DNA of 63,984 nt, counting the filler, from Acidimicrobiia bacterium (GTDB lineage: Bacteria > Actinomycetota > Acidimicrobiia > Spongiisociales > CAZKJJ01), in the NCBI GenBank assembly GCA_046759765.1. It is 8 parts of 8 records of this genome, joined end to end, with 100 filler letters (N's around TTAATTAATTAA, not from the genome) between each part and the next. Parts side by side here need not be neighbours in the genome. Positions count along the whole stretch, not along the records: positions 44,302 to 52,917 come from JBHICV010000107.1; positions 53,018 to 61,624 come from JBHICV010000108.1; 6 more parts are not named here. One strand, written 5' to 3'. Of the stretch, positions 49,998-60,395 are shown piece after piece. A model generated the notes under the pieces. It was not told the origin of the DNA. It was given only the letters and a program-made list of their open reading frames with translations, and searched no databases. How positions within the stretch are numbered: position 1 is the stretch's first letter; each line of letters begins with the position of its first letter. The position numbers were made by a program, and so were the translations under genes.

Positions 49998-50436
49998 ATC
50001 GACCTCGAGATGATCGGGTTCACCTGCTACACGCCCGGCTGCCAGTAGCCCTTCTGGGAGGTGCCCGATTGCCTAAGGTTCAGCACTGAAGGTCTCGACG
50101 TGGGCACCTGGATCGGCGTCGCGGGAATGAGGCTTCGGCCACCCTCGTCGACAGCTGACGCAGCGCCGCTGCATGCTGCGTCCCAGGGCTGCACGTTGAG
50201 TTTGCCCAGTTAGGCGAGGCCGAGGCACCTGCTTACCTGACACGCGGAGTTCCGATCACGCTCTGTTCTGGGATCGAGGGTGTCGAGCACTGGTGGTGAC
50301 TGATACCGCCTCGCTTCGGAATCCCCACTACCGGATGCCCGGCGACACCCTGGCCACCCTGAATCTCGATTTCATGACCGAGGTCGTACGGGCAGCTGCG
50401 GTCATGGTGGCAAACGAGGCCGGCAAGATACCGTGA
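49998..50436 (+). pseudogene. Disrupted M28 family peptidase
   Basis: IDLEMIGF followed by TAG; later in another frame SDHALFWDRG.RALVVTDTASLRNPHY.MPGDT. Confidence 0.7.
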
Positions 50437-50575
50437 CCGAACCAATCGGGTGCTGGCTTTGGAGAACTCGAGCCGTTCAACGACAACGAGCACGTCGCCG
50501 CGACGTCACCGTGCGGTTGCCCGCCGTGGGACGCGGGGTCGGGGTGCCGTGCCATGTCGGCTGAGTGCACGTTTT

Positions 50576-50986
50576 TCAGCCGTGCGAAGCCTCGACTTGT
50601 GGGAGCCGCGACGAAGGTCCCCCTTTAGCGCGGGCATGGGACCGGGGGGCGAGCCTGCGCCATATCCAACCTGCATATGAGGCCACCACGGCGAGTCCGA
50701 CCGCAGCCCGCAGCAGCGGCGTGAGGGCCTCTGGATAGAGAATGCCCTCGATGTAGCGGTCGATGAAGCCAGGCGTCCCGACACCGTCGCCTCGAAAGGC
50801 TTGCTCCACATTGGTGAGAGGGCAGGAGAACCCGACCACGACGATTCCGATCGCCCATGCCACAGCGACGAGGTGCACATACAAGGCACGTGGCCAGCGC
50901 CAGGCTATGAATCCACCGACTGCGACAAAGACGACATAACCGAAATGAAGAAGCATTACGCCGTCGGCAAGCAAGTGACGAAACAT
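50576..50986 (-). CDS. DUF2784 family membrane protein
   Basis: LADGVMLLHFG, CPLT.VE, GFIDRYI.GILYP. Confidence 0.85.
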   Translation of the reverse strand: MFRHLLADGVMLLHFGYVVFVAVGGFIAWRWPRALYVHLVAVAWAIGIVVVGFSCPLTNVEQAFRGDGVGTPGFIDRYIEGILYPEALTPLLRAAVGLAVVASYAGWIWRRLAPRSHARAKGGPSSRLPQVEASHG

Positions 50987-51235
50987 CGCCTATCTCCAGT
51001 TTTGAGCGTACCCCTCCGCCTTCGTTCCTGGGCTGTGACCCGCACCATCGAAGTCAGCGCCGCGTCCCCTGTCGAAACCAGCGAGCATGGTTGTCGGTGC
51101 ACCCACGTCACCACAAAGTTGGCCTGAGTGAAGCTTCCGCCAGTAGGACCGGCAAACCGCAGTGCGTTCGTAGCAGGTCAGTACAAGGTTCGATGGGCTC
51201 CCATGCTCAGCTCGAGCAACCGAGGCTGCACCGCT

Positions 51236-52060
51236 CTAGTTGAGGAACTGTTCGAGCATCTGGTTAAGACGTTCTTGGGAAGTGAATAACCCTGGGAATC
51301 CGGTGATTGCTCTGCCCTCTTCATCGAGGAGGACGTAGCCGAAGAGAAACGGGAACCAGCGAAAGCCGATCCGATCTATCACGACCGGCAGGGTGATGTT
51401 GTGCTCCTCGACTATTCGGGAGGCGTTCTCTGCCGAACTGTCGCGTGTGAGCACGGAGATGAACGCAGCTCGGCCTTCCCATTGGGTCGCGGCTGCCTGA
51501 AAAGGAGCAAGGCCGTCAACACAAGGCTGACACCAGGTCGCCCACTGCAATACGACGACTGGCTGGCCTCGGAGCCGAGTCAAGTCAAATGTACCGCCAC
51601 CGAGGAGCGTACCTGTGAACGGTGGTGCGACCTCACCTTCTGTCAGGCCGAACAGCTCGAGCGGAGTGGGTACGACCATCGACTCGCCAGGATCGATGGG
51701 CACGGGCGACCCGGAAGTGCGCAGGATCGCGGGCCCTGGCTCGACCCCGTCTGCCTCCACGGGAGGTGTGGGTTCGGTCGGGACGGTGGTCTGAGGCACA
51801 GGGGGCGCCGGTTCGGGTTCTGTCACGGGCGGCGAGTCCTGGCCAAGGCGCGAAAGCATGGCCAGAACCAGACTCAGAAGAACGACTCCCGCGCCAGTGG
51901 CAACGGCCACCAGCCATCCACGCTGAGGTCTCTGCCTGGGCTGTGCCAGGCCTTCACTGTGGGCAATCAGCCGTTCCAGCTCGGCCGCCTCTATCGGCTT
52001 GATCCGCTTCTGGACGGCTTCGCCCTAGCGGCTCAGACGGGTCTCGGTGTCATACGTCAA
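51236..52060 (-). pseudogene. Membrane-anchored TlpA-like redoxin (anti-sigma-like N-terminus) with an in-frame TAG near the start
   Basis: WATWCQPC; TTG 52060 overlaps the sigma stop, but TAG at 52025-52027 interrupts; intact frame 51236..51910. Confidence 0.65.
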
Positions 52061-52512
52061 CCTGCACCTCCAATGCGGCTCTGAGTCTGATTAATCCCCT
52101 CTCGATGTGGTTCTGCACAGTGCTCCTGGACAACCCGAGCGTCGAGGCGATCTCCTGGTGCGTCCATCCGAAACCGTGGTGCAAGACCACAGCTGTACGT
52201 TGCCGCACTGGAAGCTTCGTCAACGCATACTCCAGATCAGGCTCAATCCACGGCTCCGAATCGGCAGCCCCGAACGGCCAGACTCGGCTGAGGGACGGAC
52301 CGTCGCTTGACGCTTCGGTGAACGACCCGATACAGATACCCGGCCGGATTATCCAGACTCTGGACCCTCTTCCAGTGACGCCACGCATAGACCAGGGCGT
52401 TGCTGGCCGCCTCGCGGCCCAGCTCCATACCCCAGGCCGCCACCAAGGCCCGCTGCAGCCGCGGCTCAACAGACCGAACGAAATCGGAGAAGTCATCGTC
52501 CAACGAGCCCAT
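52050..52512 (-). pseudogene. ECF sigma-70 factor split by a frameshift
   Basis: Region 2 (AWRHW..LDNPAGYLYRV) is in ORF 52243..52512; region 4 (LPVRQRTAVVL..EIA..LG.SRSTV) is in another frame. Confidence 0.8.
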
Positions 52513-52695
52513 AGCGACTCTTCTCCTCGCTTCCTCACCTTATAAGGGGTGAGTCAGGTCGGTCTGCACCACACAAACCCTCACATCGCTGCGAGGTTCG
52601 GATGCCAAAGCCGTAGCGGCAGGAACGTCGCTGCCATCCTCAGGAGAACGGTTAGTGCTCCCTCCGGTACTCTTGTAAGACAACGAAAATCTCCC

Positions 52696-52770
52696 GCCGG
52701 AGTAGCTCAGGGGTAGAGCAGCTCACTCGTAATGAGCAGGTCATCGGTTCGAATCCGATCTCCGGCTCCA
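52696..52770 (+). tRNA. tRNA-Thr (CGT)
   Basis: Cloverleaf GCCGGAG...CTCCGGC, anticodon arm GCTCA-CT-CGT-AA-TGAGC, TTCGAAT T-loop, encoded CCA. Confidence 0.97.
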
Positions 52771-52869
52771 AGAAGTCTCGCGCCTGCCACATTCCGCTCA
52801 TCGCCAATGGTTCATGGCTCTCGCCGGTGGTCATAAGGGTGTAGAAGTTGTCTCACCGGGGTTGTATGA

Positions 52870-52885
52870 TCGAACATATGTTCGA
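52870..52885. promoter_or_regulatory. Actinobacterial LexA (SOS) box
   Basis: TCGAAC-atat-GTTCGA upstream of a GAGGAG RBS and ATG 52901 (gene cut by gap). Confidence 0.85.
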
Positions 52886-52917
52886 TTGAGGAGTGAGCTG
52901 ATGTCTGAGTGGGAGAG

Positions 52918-53017
52918 NNNNNNNNNNNNNNNNNNNNNNNNNNNNNNNNNNNNNNNNNNNNTTAATTAATTAANNNNNNNNNNNNNNNNNNNNNNNNNNN
53001 NNNNNNNNNNNNNNNNN
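52918..53017. other. Artificial contig linker
   Basis: N run + TTAATTAATTAA + N run. Confidence 0.99.
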
Positions 53018-54492
53018 TGGACCTCTATATCGAACGGATCAACCCCGACAATCCAAACCAGTACGAGTTCCGGGGGGAGTGGCGCGACATGGAGGTGCGC
53101 ACGGAGATCCTCGAAGCCCCGGGGCGGGAGCCGGTCGAGCTGGAGGTTCGGTCGACACACCACGGTCCGATCATCTCCGAAGTCTTCGAAGACCTCGAAG
53201 ACTTCAACCTGAGGTCAGGGGTGCGAGTCCCCGAGCACTACGCCATCGCCCTGAGCTGGACCGCGCTCCAACCCACGGGCGTTATCGACACGATCATGGG
53301 GCTCAACCGAGCCTCCAACTGGGAGGAGTTTCGCACTGCGTTGGCCTCTTTCCACGTTCCCGGACAGAACTTCGTCTACGCCGACCGTGACGGCAACATC
53401 GGCTACCAGTCGACGGGCATTGTCCCGGTCCGGGCGGCCGGCGACGGGACGGTACCGGTGCCGGGCTGGACCGGAGAGTACGAGTGGACGGGCTTCGTTC
53501 TGCTGGATCAACTGCCGAGGGCTTTCAATCCACCGGAAGGCTACGTGTTCACGGCTAACAACCGGCCGGCGGGCGACTCCTACCCGCACCAACTGTCCAC
53601 GATGTGGGCGTACGGATACCGGGCCCAGCGGATATCCGACATGCTGGAGGCTGCCCCACGTCCACTCGAACCCTCGTATCTCAGACTGATGCAGGCGGAC
53701 GCGCGCGATCTCTTCGCCGAAGTACTGGTTCCTTACCTGTTGGACGTGGTCCCGAGTTCCGACCTGGCCAGACAAGGTCAGGCATTGCTCGGCGAGTGGG
53801 GTGACTCGGGCGCAGAGGTTTTCGATCCCAGCTATCAAATGCGTCCGGAGTCTGCAGCCGCCGCCGTTTATGCCTCCGTGTGGTCCAGATTGCTGACCAT
53901 CAGCATCGGTGACGAGCTAGGCGGCGAGTTCACACCCGAAGGGGGTTCGCGCTGGTTCGAGGTGATGACCGACCTGCTCGGAGATCCGGAGCATCCTTGG
54001 TGGGATTACCAATTCACCGAAGAGATCGAAACCCGCGACGAGATCCTGCTACGGGCGCTGGAGGAGGGTATGGCCCTGACCTCGGGCAATCTAGGCAGCG
54101 ATCCAAGGGCTTGGAGCTGGGGCGCTCTTCACACCGTGACCTTCGAGAATCAGTCCTTGGGCCAATCAGGCATCCCACCCATCGAGTGGCTGTTCAACCG
54201 CGGGTCGTATCGAACAGGCGGCAGCGCTTCGGTACCCAACGCCACCGCTTGGGATGCCTCTGAAGGCTTCACGACGGCTGCTCATCCCTCCATGCGGATG
54301 GTCGTTGACTTCTCGGACCTGGACACGTCGACCTGGATCCACTCGACCGGGCAGTCGGGCCATACCTTCCACCCCAACTACGTCGACCTGGCTCAGGACT
54401 GGGCAGATGTGAGGACGTACCCCATGCCGTGGACGCGTGACGCCGTCGAGTCGCTGACCACTCACTGGCTGATGTTGGTGCCGGAGGTCTAG
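53018..54492 (+). CDS. Penicillin acylase family, C-terminal part
   Basis: DLYIE, THHGPIIS, QNFVYADRDGNIGY, TANN, PSMRMVVD, GQSGH. Confidence 0.92.
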
Positions 54493-54496
54493 GAAC

Positions 54497-54527
54497 CAGC
54501 TATCAGCTTTCAGCTGTCAGCAATCAG
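54497..54527 (+). repeat. Heptamer tandem repeat (CAGCnnT)x4
   Basis: CAGCTAT CAGCTTT CAGCTGT CAGCAAT CAG. Confidence 0.7.
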
Positions 54528-54587
54528 AAACCGACCCGGCCTCGGACCGCTGAGGGCGTCTACGCTCTCCAGGTCGAAAGGAGCTCT

Positions 54588-55019
54588 ATGAAGAGCAACG
54601 CCACGACCACGTGGACCGGAGATCTTGCCAGCGGCTCGGGAACTGCCTCATTGGCTACCGGAGTAGCCACCGCGCTTCCCGTTACTTGGGCATCACGGAC
54701 CGAAGCGGCGGACGGGAAAACGAGCCCGGAGGAGCTGATCGCAGCCGCGCACTCGGCCTGCTATTCCATGGCACTCTCGGCGGGGCTAGCCGGAGCCGGC
54801 CACGCACCCGAAAAGCTGGTCACGGAAGCCGAGGTCACCTTCGACCAGAAAGACGGGAACTGGACCGTCATCTCCTCTCACCTGCACGTGACGGCCACCG
54901 TCCCGGGAATCGATTCCGACGCCTTCGCTGAACAAGCCCAGCATGCCAAGGACGGGTGCCCCGTTTCACGCGCACTGGCCGGCAACGTCGAGATAACGCT
55001 CGAGGCAGAGCTTTCCTAG
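54588..55019 (+). CDS. osmC: OsmC family peroxiredoxin
   Basis: SPEELIAAAHSACYSMAL, CPVSRAL. Confidence 0.93.
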   Translation: MKSNATTTWTGDLASGSGTASLATGVATALPVTWASRTEAADGKTSPEELIAAAHSACYSMALSAGLAGAGHAPEKLVTEAEVTFDQKDGNWTVISSHLHVTATVPGIDSDAFAEQAQHAKDGCPVSRALAGNVEITLEAELS

Positions 55020-55027
55020 GCCTACGC

Positions 55028-55077
55028 GTTTCTGTCAATCGTGGTGTCGCCAGGCGCCATTGAGATTGACAGAAAAC
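55028..55077. repeat. 50-bp dispersed palindrome, copy B
   Basis: GTTTCTGTCAATC-N23-GATTGACAGAAAAC. Confidence 0.8.
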
Positions 55078-55129
55078 CGTGGCACTCGCCGGAATTCGCG
55101 CTCTTTCAGTCGCGTAGAGTGACCGGCCT

Positions 55130-56647
55130 ATGGAAATTCGCGCCAAGTCGACGCTTCACAATCCGTCCGAGGAGGAGCTGCGTGACCTGACCGAGCAACA
55201 AGCAACAGCACGGTGGACCGAGTTCGGCAACCTCAACATCACGACCGAGGTCACAGCTCGTTCAAAGGGATCGACGTTCGTGGTCAACGACGATCCGAGC
55301 CAGCACACGGACCCCGTCATCGACCGGTCCACTTACGCAGAGATGGCCGATCGGCAGGATCAGCACCTAACCGAGCAGGATGTGATCGTTCTCGACGGCT
55401 ACATCAGCGACCACCCGGATGCCCGAGTGGCCGTCCGGCTCGTAGTTGAGATAGCAAACGCCAACTTGGCCGCCATGCAGCGGCTCCTCTACTTCCCGCC
55501 GGACGAAGGTTTCGAGCCTGAGTTTCACGTGATCTACACGCCCAGCCTCGATGCTCCGGGTTTCCCGAACGACCGCCTCATCGCAGTGGACCTCGACAAC
55601 TGGGTATCGAGAGTGTTCAACGCGGACTACTTCGGGGAGTCGAAGATGAGTGGCCTGCGGATGTGGGACGCGTTGATGTATCTCCGTGGCGGACTGGCGA
55701 TGCATTGTGGATCCAAGGTCATCGAGGTGAACGGGACCCGGTCGACGGGGCTGGTGGTCGGCTTGTCGGGAACGGGAAAGACCACCACCACCTTCTCCCA
55801 ACAGGGTGACGTAGCGAGGCCGGTCCAGGATGACTTCGTGGCTCTCTTCCCAGACAGCCGGGTCTACGGCACGGAGGCGGGGACCTTCGCCAAGGTATAC
55901 GGCCTCACGCCGGAACGCGAGCCTGTCGTCTGGGCGGGGGTGCAGAGCTCGCGCAGTCTGCTCGAGAACGTGGCAATAGACCCCGAGGGGCGCCTCGACT
56001 TCTTCGACACGTCGCACACCGAGAACAGCCGCGCGATCTGTAGCGCCGACGATCTTCCCGGCTTCCTGGCCCCGAGGTTCGTCGAGACGGCCGACTTTCT
56101 CCTCATCCTCAATCGAAACCAGGGCATCATCCCGGCGGTAGCCAGGCTCGACCGGCAGCAGGCTGCGGCCTACTTCATGCTCGGCGAGACGACCGGCACC
56201 TCGGCCGGGGGAGCCGCCGAGGCTGGCAAGTCTCTCCGTGTGCCGGGAACCAACCCCTTCTTCGTCTATCTACACGAGCAGCAAGCCAACCGACTGTATG
56301 AGCTACTTGATGGAACCAAGATTGACGTCTATCTCCTAAACACCGGATGGATTGGTGGGGCCGATCCGGACCAGAACAAGGAGGTCACGCCTCAGCACTC
56401 GAGCACGATCATCGAGGGAATCGCCGCCGGATCGATAGCTTGGGAAGAGGATCCGGACTTCGGCTATCAGGTCGCCTCGAACGTCGAGGACTTCGACGAT
56501 CTGGAGCTACTCCAGCCGCGCCGCTTCTACCAGCGAGTGGGCCGGAGCGATGAATACGCCGACCGAGTGGAGGAGTTACGCCGGGAACGGAAAGCACACT
56601 TTGGGTCGTACGAGCAGCTGCTACCAGAGATAGCTAGGGCCATTTGA
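55130..56647 (+). CDS. pckA: ATP-dependent phosphoenolpyruvate carboxykinase (divergent)
   Basis: YFGESK, HCG, GLSGTGKTT, QDD, E.G.FAK, LENV, TENSR. Confidence 0.85.
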   Translation: MEIRAKSTLHNPSEEELRDLTEQQATARWTEFGNLNITTEVTARSKGSTFVVNDDPSQHTDPVIDRSTYAEMADRQDQHLTEQDVIVLDGYISDHPDARVAVRLVVEIANANLAAMQRLLYFPPDEGFEPEFHVIYTPSLDAPGFPNDRLIAVDLDNWVSRVFNADYFGESKMSGLRMWDALMYLRGGLAMHCGSKVIEVNGTRSTGLVVGLSGTGKTTTTFSQQGDVARPVQDDFVALFPDSRVYGTEAGTFAKVYGLTPEREPVVWAGVQSSRSLLENVAIDPEGRLDFFDTSHTENSRAICSADDLPGFLAPRFVETADFLLILNRNQGIIPAVARLDRQQAAAYFMLGETTGTSAGGAAEAGKSLRVPGTNPFFVYLHEQQANRLYELLDGTKIDVYLLNTGWIGGADPDQNKEVTPQHSSTIIEGIAAGSIAWEEDPDFGYQVASNVEDFDDLELLQPRRFYQRVGRSDEYADRVEELRRERKAHFGSYEQLLPEIARAI

Positions 56648-56705
56648 GCCTTGACAAGAGCCACCCGGGAGTGTCAACTCCTCAGTGGAAAAGGGGGGAC
56701 AGGCA

Positions 56706-57764
56706 ATGAGCCACATCGTTCATATCGTCGGCACCGGAACAGTGGGCGAGCCTTTGATCGGTCTGATCGCCGACCACCGGGAGGACTTCGGAGTAGAGGA
56801 AGTCACGTTCCACAAGCGCACTCCTCTGCTCGAGGAGCGAGGGAAGGTCAACGACCTCATAAGCCGAGGTGCGAATCTCGCAGCCGACTCCGACCGCTGG
56901 AACACATTCGAGGAACTTGGCCACTCCCCTAAATACGACAGTGGGGAAGCCATCGAGCGAGCTTCGGTAGTGATCGACTGTACGCCCGCCGGCAACTCCA
57001 ACAAGGACGAGCTCTACTCCAAGGCCCGAGGCCCGGTGGGTTTCATGGCACAGGGATCGGAGTTTGGGTTCGGCAAGCCGTATGCCAGGGGCATCAACGA
57101 CGAGTCCCTGCTACGTGAGGACGACCGATTCCTCCAGATCGTGTCATGCAACACGCACAACATCGCCGCGCTGGTTAAGACGCTCGGCTTCGACGGTGAC
57201 GAGACCTCGATCCTGGACAACGGGCGCTTTCTGTGTATCCGCCGGTCCAACGACATCAGCCAGGACGGTGGGTTTGTCCCCAGCCCCACTGTCGGACGAC
57301 ACGACGAGGAGCGCTTCGGCACTCACCATGCTCGGGATGCCCACGGCCTGTTCGCGACGCTGGACCACGACCTTCCGTTGTGGTCATCGGCCCTGAAGAT
57401 GAACTCTCAGTACATGCATGCCATCTGGTTCAGCCTCACGCTGGAGCGGGAGATGACGCGGGACGAGGCCATCGACCGCCTTGAGGCCAACCCCCGCGTA
57501 GCCATTACCCACAAGCGGTCCGCCAACCGTGTCTTCTCGTTTGGACGTGACCATGGCTACTACGGACGAATCCTCAGCCAGACCGTCGTTCCGGTCGAGA
57601 CTCTGGCCGTTCGCGACGGCAATGAGTTGGTCGGCTTTTGCTTCACTCCGCAGGACGGCAATCCGCTGCTCTCGACCGTGGCGGCGATGCTCTGGTACTT
57701 GCATCCGAAGGGATTCGATGAGCGGCTGGACATCCTGCGGCGGTACCTGTTCCAGGAAGTTTGA
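56706..57764 (+). CDS. Archaeal-type (type II) glyceraldehyde-3-phosphate dehydrogenase-like protein
   Basis: VGTGTVG Rossmann motif, VIDCTPAG, VSCNTH catalytic Cys, RRSND, HH..DA. Confidence 0.75.
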   Translation: MSHIVHIVGTGTVGEPLIGLIADHREDFGVEEVTFHKRTPLLEERGKVNDLISRGANLAADSDRWNTFEELGHSPKYDSGEAIERASVVIDCTPAGNSNKDELYSKARGPVGFMAQGSEFGFGKPYARGINDESLLREDDRFLQIVSCNTHNIAALVKTLGFDGDETSILDNGRFLCIRRSNDISQDGGFVPSPTVGRHDEERFGTHHARDAHGLFATLDHDLPLWSSALKMNSQYMHAIWFSLTLEREMTRDEAIDRLEANPRVAITHKRSANRVFSFGRDHGYYGRILSQTVVPVETLAVRDGNELVGFCFTPQDGNPLLSTVAAMLWYLHPKGFDERLDILRRYLFQEV

Positions 57765-57876
57765 AACCGAGCTGAGTTTGGAGGCGGGACTTGAGATATC
57801 TGTTAGTCCTTATCGCCTGCCTTGGAGCCGCTCTGTTGGTCATCTGGAAGCTAAGTGTCCCGGTGGAAGTACCTCG

Positions 57877-58809
57877 CTAGGCCGCCCCGGTAGCGGAGGC
57901 ATCTCCCAGATACTCGACAATTGCCTCCGCGAACGGCTCCGCGTGGGTTAGCACGGACTCATGCCGGGCTCCTTCGAGCTCCAGCACCTCTGCATGCTTC
58001 AGGAGCGAGGCCAGCTCGAATTGAAGCGACGGATCTACGAGCTGATCTTCGGTGGGTATGACAATGAGGGCCTCGACGCTTAGGCGGCCGACCCAGCTAC
58101 GGCTATCGAAGCGCGCCACGGCAAAGCCGCCCTCGTAGTACAGATTCACGTCACGACCCAGGTAGGAGTCCCAGACCCATCGCTCGTGCACGGGCGCGAC
58201 CGCGCCGACCCTCGTCAAGTAGCGCTGCCGCACCCATGAGAACTCCGCTTTGCTGACGCGGTCCCAGGTTCTCCCCAGCCACAGCAGTGACCACATCTTG
58301 AGTTGGTCCGCCGTTGTGGGCGTCACGGTTGCCGCGGTTCCTCCGAGCACCAGCTTCTCGACGAGATGCGGGTATCGGTGGGCGATCTCCTGGGCGATCA
58401 TCCCGCCCATGCTGTAACCGACCAACGGAACGCGGCCGACGTCGAGCATGCCGAGAAGAGCAGCGATCTCATCAGCGACGTCAGCGATGTCGTAGCGGGC
58501 CCTTGTGTAATCCGACTTGCCACTGTTCCGTTGATCGATTGCGATCACGTGGAATCGATCGGAGAGCAATGGGATGATCTTGTACCAATTGAAGAGAGTG
58601 TCGGTCGCCCATCCATGGATGAGTACAAGCGGCGGAGCGTCCGGAGGCCCCGACTCCCGGACGAACAGCTCCCGATCACCCACGAAGACAGACCGACCGG
58701 GCAATCGCAGCGGGTGCTCCTGCGGTACCGAAAACTGTGGCTTCGGCTCCGGGCCGAGCCAGCGCCACAGTATGTAGCCAAAGGCCAGCCATCGGATGAG
58801 GCGGATCAT
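57877..58809 (-). CDS. Alpha/beta hydrolase
   Basis: LIHGW, GYSMGG nucleophile elbow, D and H positions. Confidence 0.9.
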   Translation of the reverse strand: MIRLIRWLAFGYILWRWLGPEPKPQFSVPQEHPLRLPGRSVFVGDRELFVRESGPPDAPPLVLIHGWATDTLFNWYKIIPLLSDRFHVIAIDQRNSGKSDYTRARYDIADVADEIAALLGMLDVGRVPLVGYSMGGMIAQEIAHRYPHLVEKLVLGGTAATVTPTTADQLKMWSLLWLGRTWDRVSKAEFSWVRQRYLTRVGAVAPVHERWVWDSYLGRDVNLYYEGGFAVARFDSRSWVGRLSVEALIVIPTEDQLVDPSLQFELASLLKHAEVLELEGARHESVLTHAEPFAEAIVEYLGDASATGAA

Positions 58810-59255
58810 CGGTCGATCTCCCCGCTCAGTCCGTCCACGGCGAAGACAAACTCGGCGACCGGCCGGCCGCCGATCAGGTGCTCTTGGATGATCCGCTCCA
58901 TCACCTGAGTCGTGACGCCCCGATACCAAGTCCCTTCCGGGTAGACCACTGCCACCGGACCCTGTTCGCATATCCGAAAGCAGTCCACCTTGGTGCGGAG
59001 AATGGAGCCTTCACCGCGCGGCGTTTCGGGAGGGTCGTAGTCCATGTCTCCTCTCCAGGCTGGAGGCGCGCTGGCGAGATCCAACTCCTTGAGACGCTGC
59101 TTCAGATAACGCCACACCTCATAGGACTGCTCCCGCGTCGAGCATCTCGGCGTGGTCTGGTCGGCACAAAGGAAGATGTGGCGCGTGATGTTCCCGATGG
59201 ACAACGCCCCGGCGATCTTGGTGAGACGCGCGTCAAGCTCCGAGCGGTCTGTCAT
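58806..59255 (-). CDS. Thioredoxin-like [2Fe-2S] ferredoxin
   Basis: HIFLC...[20 protein letters not shown]. Confidence 0.92.
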   Translation of the reverse strand: MTDRSELDARLTKIAGALSIGNITRHIFLCADQTTPRCSTREQSYEVWRYLKQRLKELDLASAPPAWRGDMDYDPPETPRGEGSILRTKVDCFRICEQGPVAVVYPEGTWYRGVTTQVMERIIQEHLIGGRPVAEFVFAVDGLSGEIDR

Positions 59256-59292
59256 CGCGGCTCCACACTAGGAAGGGTCTCGAGCACTCGGA

Positions 59293-60321
59293 TCAGTGGA
59301 GCGTGATCGTTTGGGGTCCCTCGGTGATGTGGCCGATGACAGCTGCGGCCAGTGTGCCCTCGGCAGCTAGCGCCGCAAGAAGGGCGTCGACGTCGTCCGG
59401 AGCGACCGCGATAAGAAGACCGCCGCTGGTCTGGGCATCGGCTAGGACCCTGATCGTGGTGTCATCCAGGTCTCCAAAGTCACTGAAGCTCTCGGCCGAC
59501 TTACGGTTTCTTCGGCTTCCTCCCGGATAGATTCCCTCGGCGGCCAACTCCCTTACACCTTCGAGAACCGGAACTGCGGCCGCGTCGATTGCGGCTGCTA
59601 CTTCAGAAGCACGTATCACTTCGCCGAGGTGGCCGAGCAGACCGAACCCCGTTACGTCCGTGGCAGCGTGTGCTTCCACCGATGCCATGGCCCGTGCCGC
59701 GCCATCATTGAGTTTCGTCATCACATCGACCGCGGCATCGCGCTGCCGGCTTGTTGCCCGACCGCGCTTGATCGCAGTGGAGATGATTCCGGTACCCAGC
59801 GGCTTGGTAAGCACCAGTGCATCGCCTACCTGGGCTCCGGCATTCGTGACTAGGTTGTCCGGCTCAACGAGTCCGGTCACGGCAAAGCCGTACTTGGGCT
59901 CTTGGTCGTCGATCGAATGGCCGCCCACGATCGAACACCTCGCTTCCGAGAGGACCTTCTGCCCTCCCTCGATGACCTCCTCTAGAAGGTCAAACGAGAG
60001 CTCCTCGCGGGGCCAGCTCACCAGCTGGAGCGCAGTGAGGGGCGTTGCTCCCATGGCGTATATGTCGGACAGCGCGTTGGCAGCGGCGATCCTGCCCCAG
60101 TCGTAGGCCTCGTCCACGATGGGCGTGAAGAAGTCAACTGATTGCGCGACGAGCTGGCCGGATGGGAGACGGAACACGGCTGCATCGTCTGCCGTCTCCG
60201 GCCCCACCAGCAGGTCGACGTCTGTGGGAGGTTGCAACAGGCGCAGGACCTGCGCCAGCTCGTCAGGACCGAGCTTGCAAGCTCAGCCGGCGCCGTGCGA
60301 GTAGCGGGTCAGTTTGGTCAT
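59293..60321 (-). CDS. selD: Selenide, water dikinase (Sec-containing), 342 aa
   Basis: ATG 60321 MTKLTRYSHGAG-U-ACKLG with TGA 60283-60285; DDAAV, DFFTPIVD, NALSDIYAMG, TDVTGFGLLGH, DAQTSGGLL. Confidence 0.96.
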
Positions 60322-60324
60322 CAC

Positions 60325-60374
60325 GTTTCCGTCAATACACGCGTCGGTTTTCGACGCGTCGATTGACACGAAAC
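60325..60374. repeat. 50-bp dispersed palindrome, copy C, directly upstream of selD
   Basis: GTTTCCGTCAATA-N23-GATTGACACGAAAC. Confidence 0.75.
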
Positions 60375-60395
60375 CGTAACGCGATTCTCCTCTGG

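Noticed and set aside
52025..52027. In-frame TAG as possible pyrrolysine
   Set aside because: No pyl genes are visible, the position is non-catalytic and neighbouring genes are degraded, so a nonsense mutation or sequencing error is more likely.
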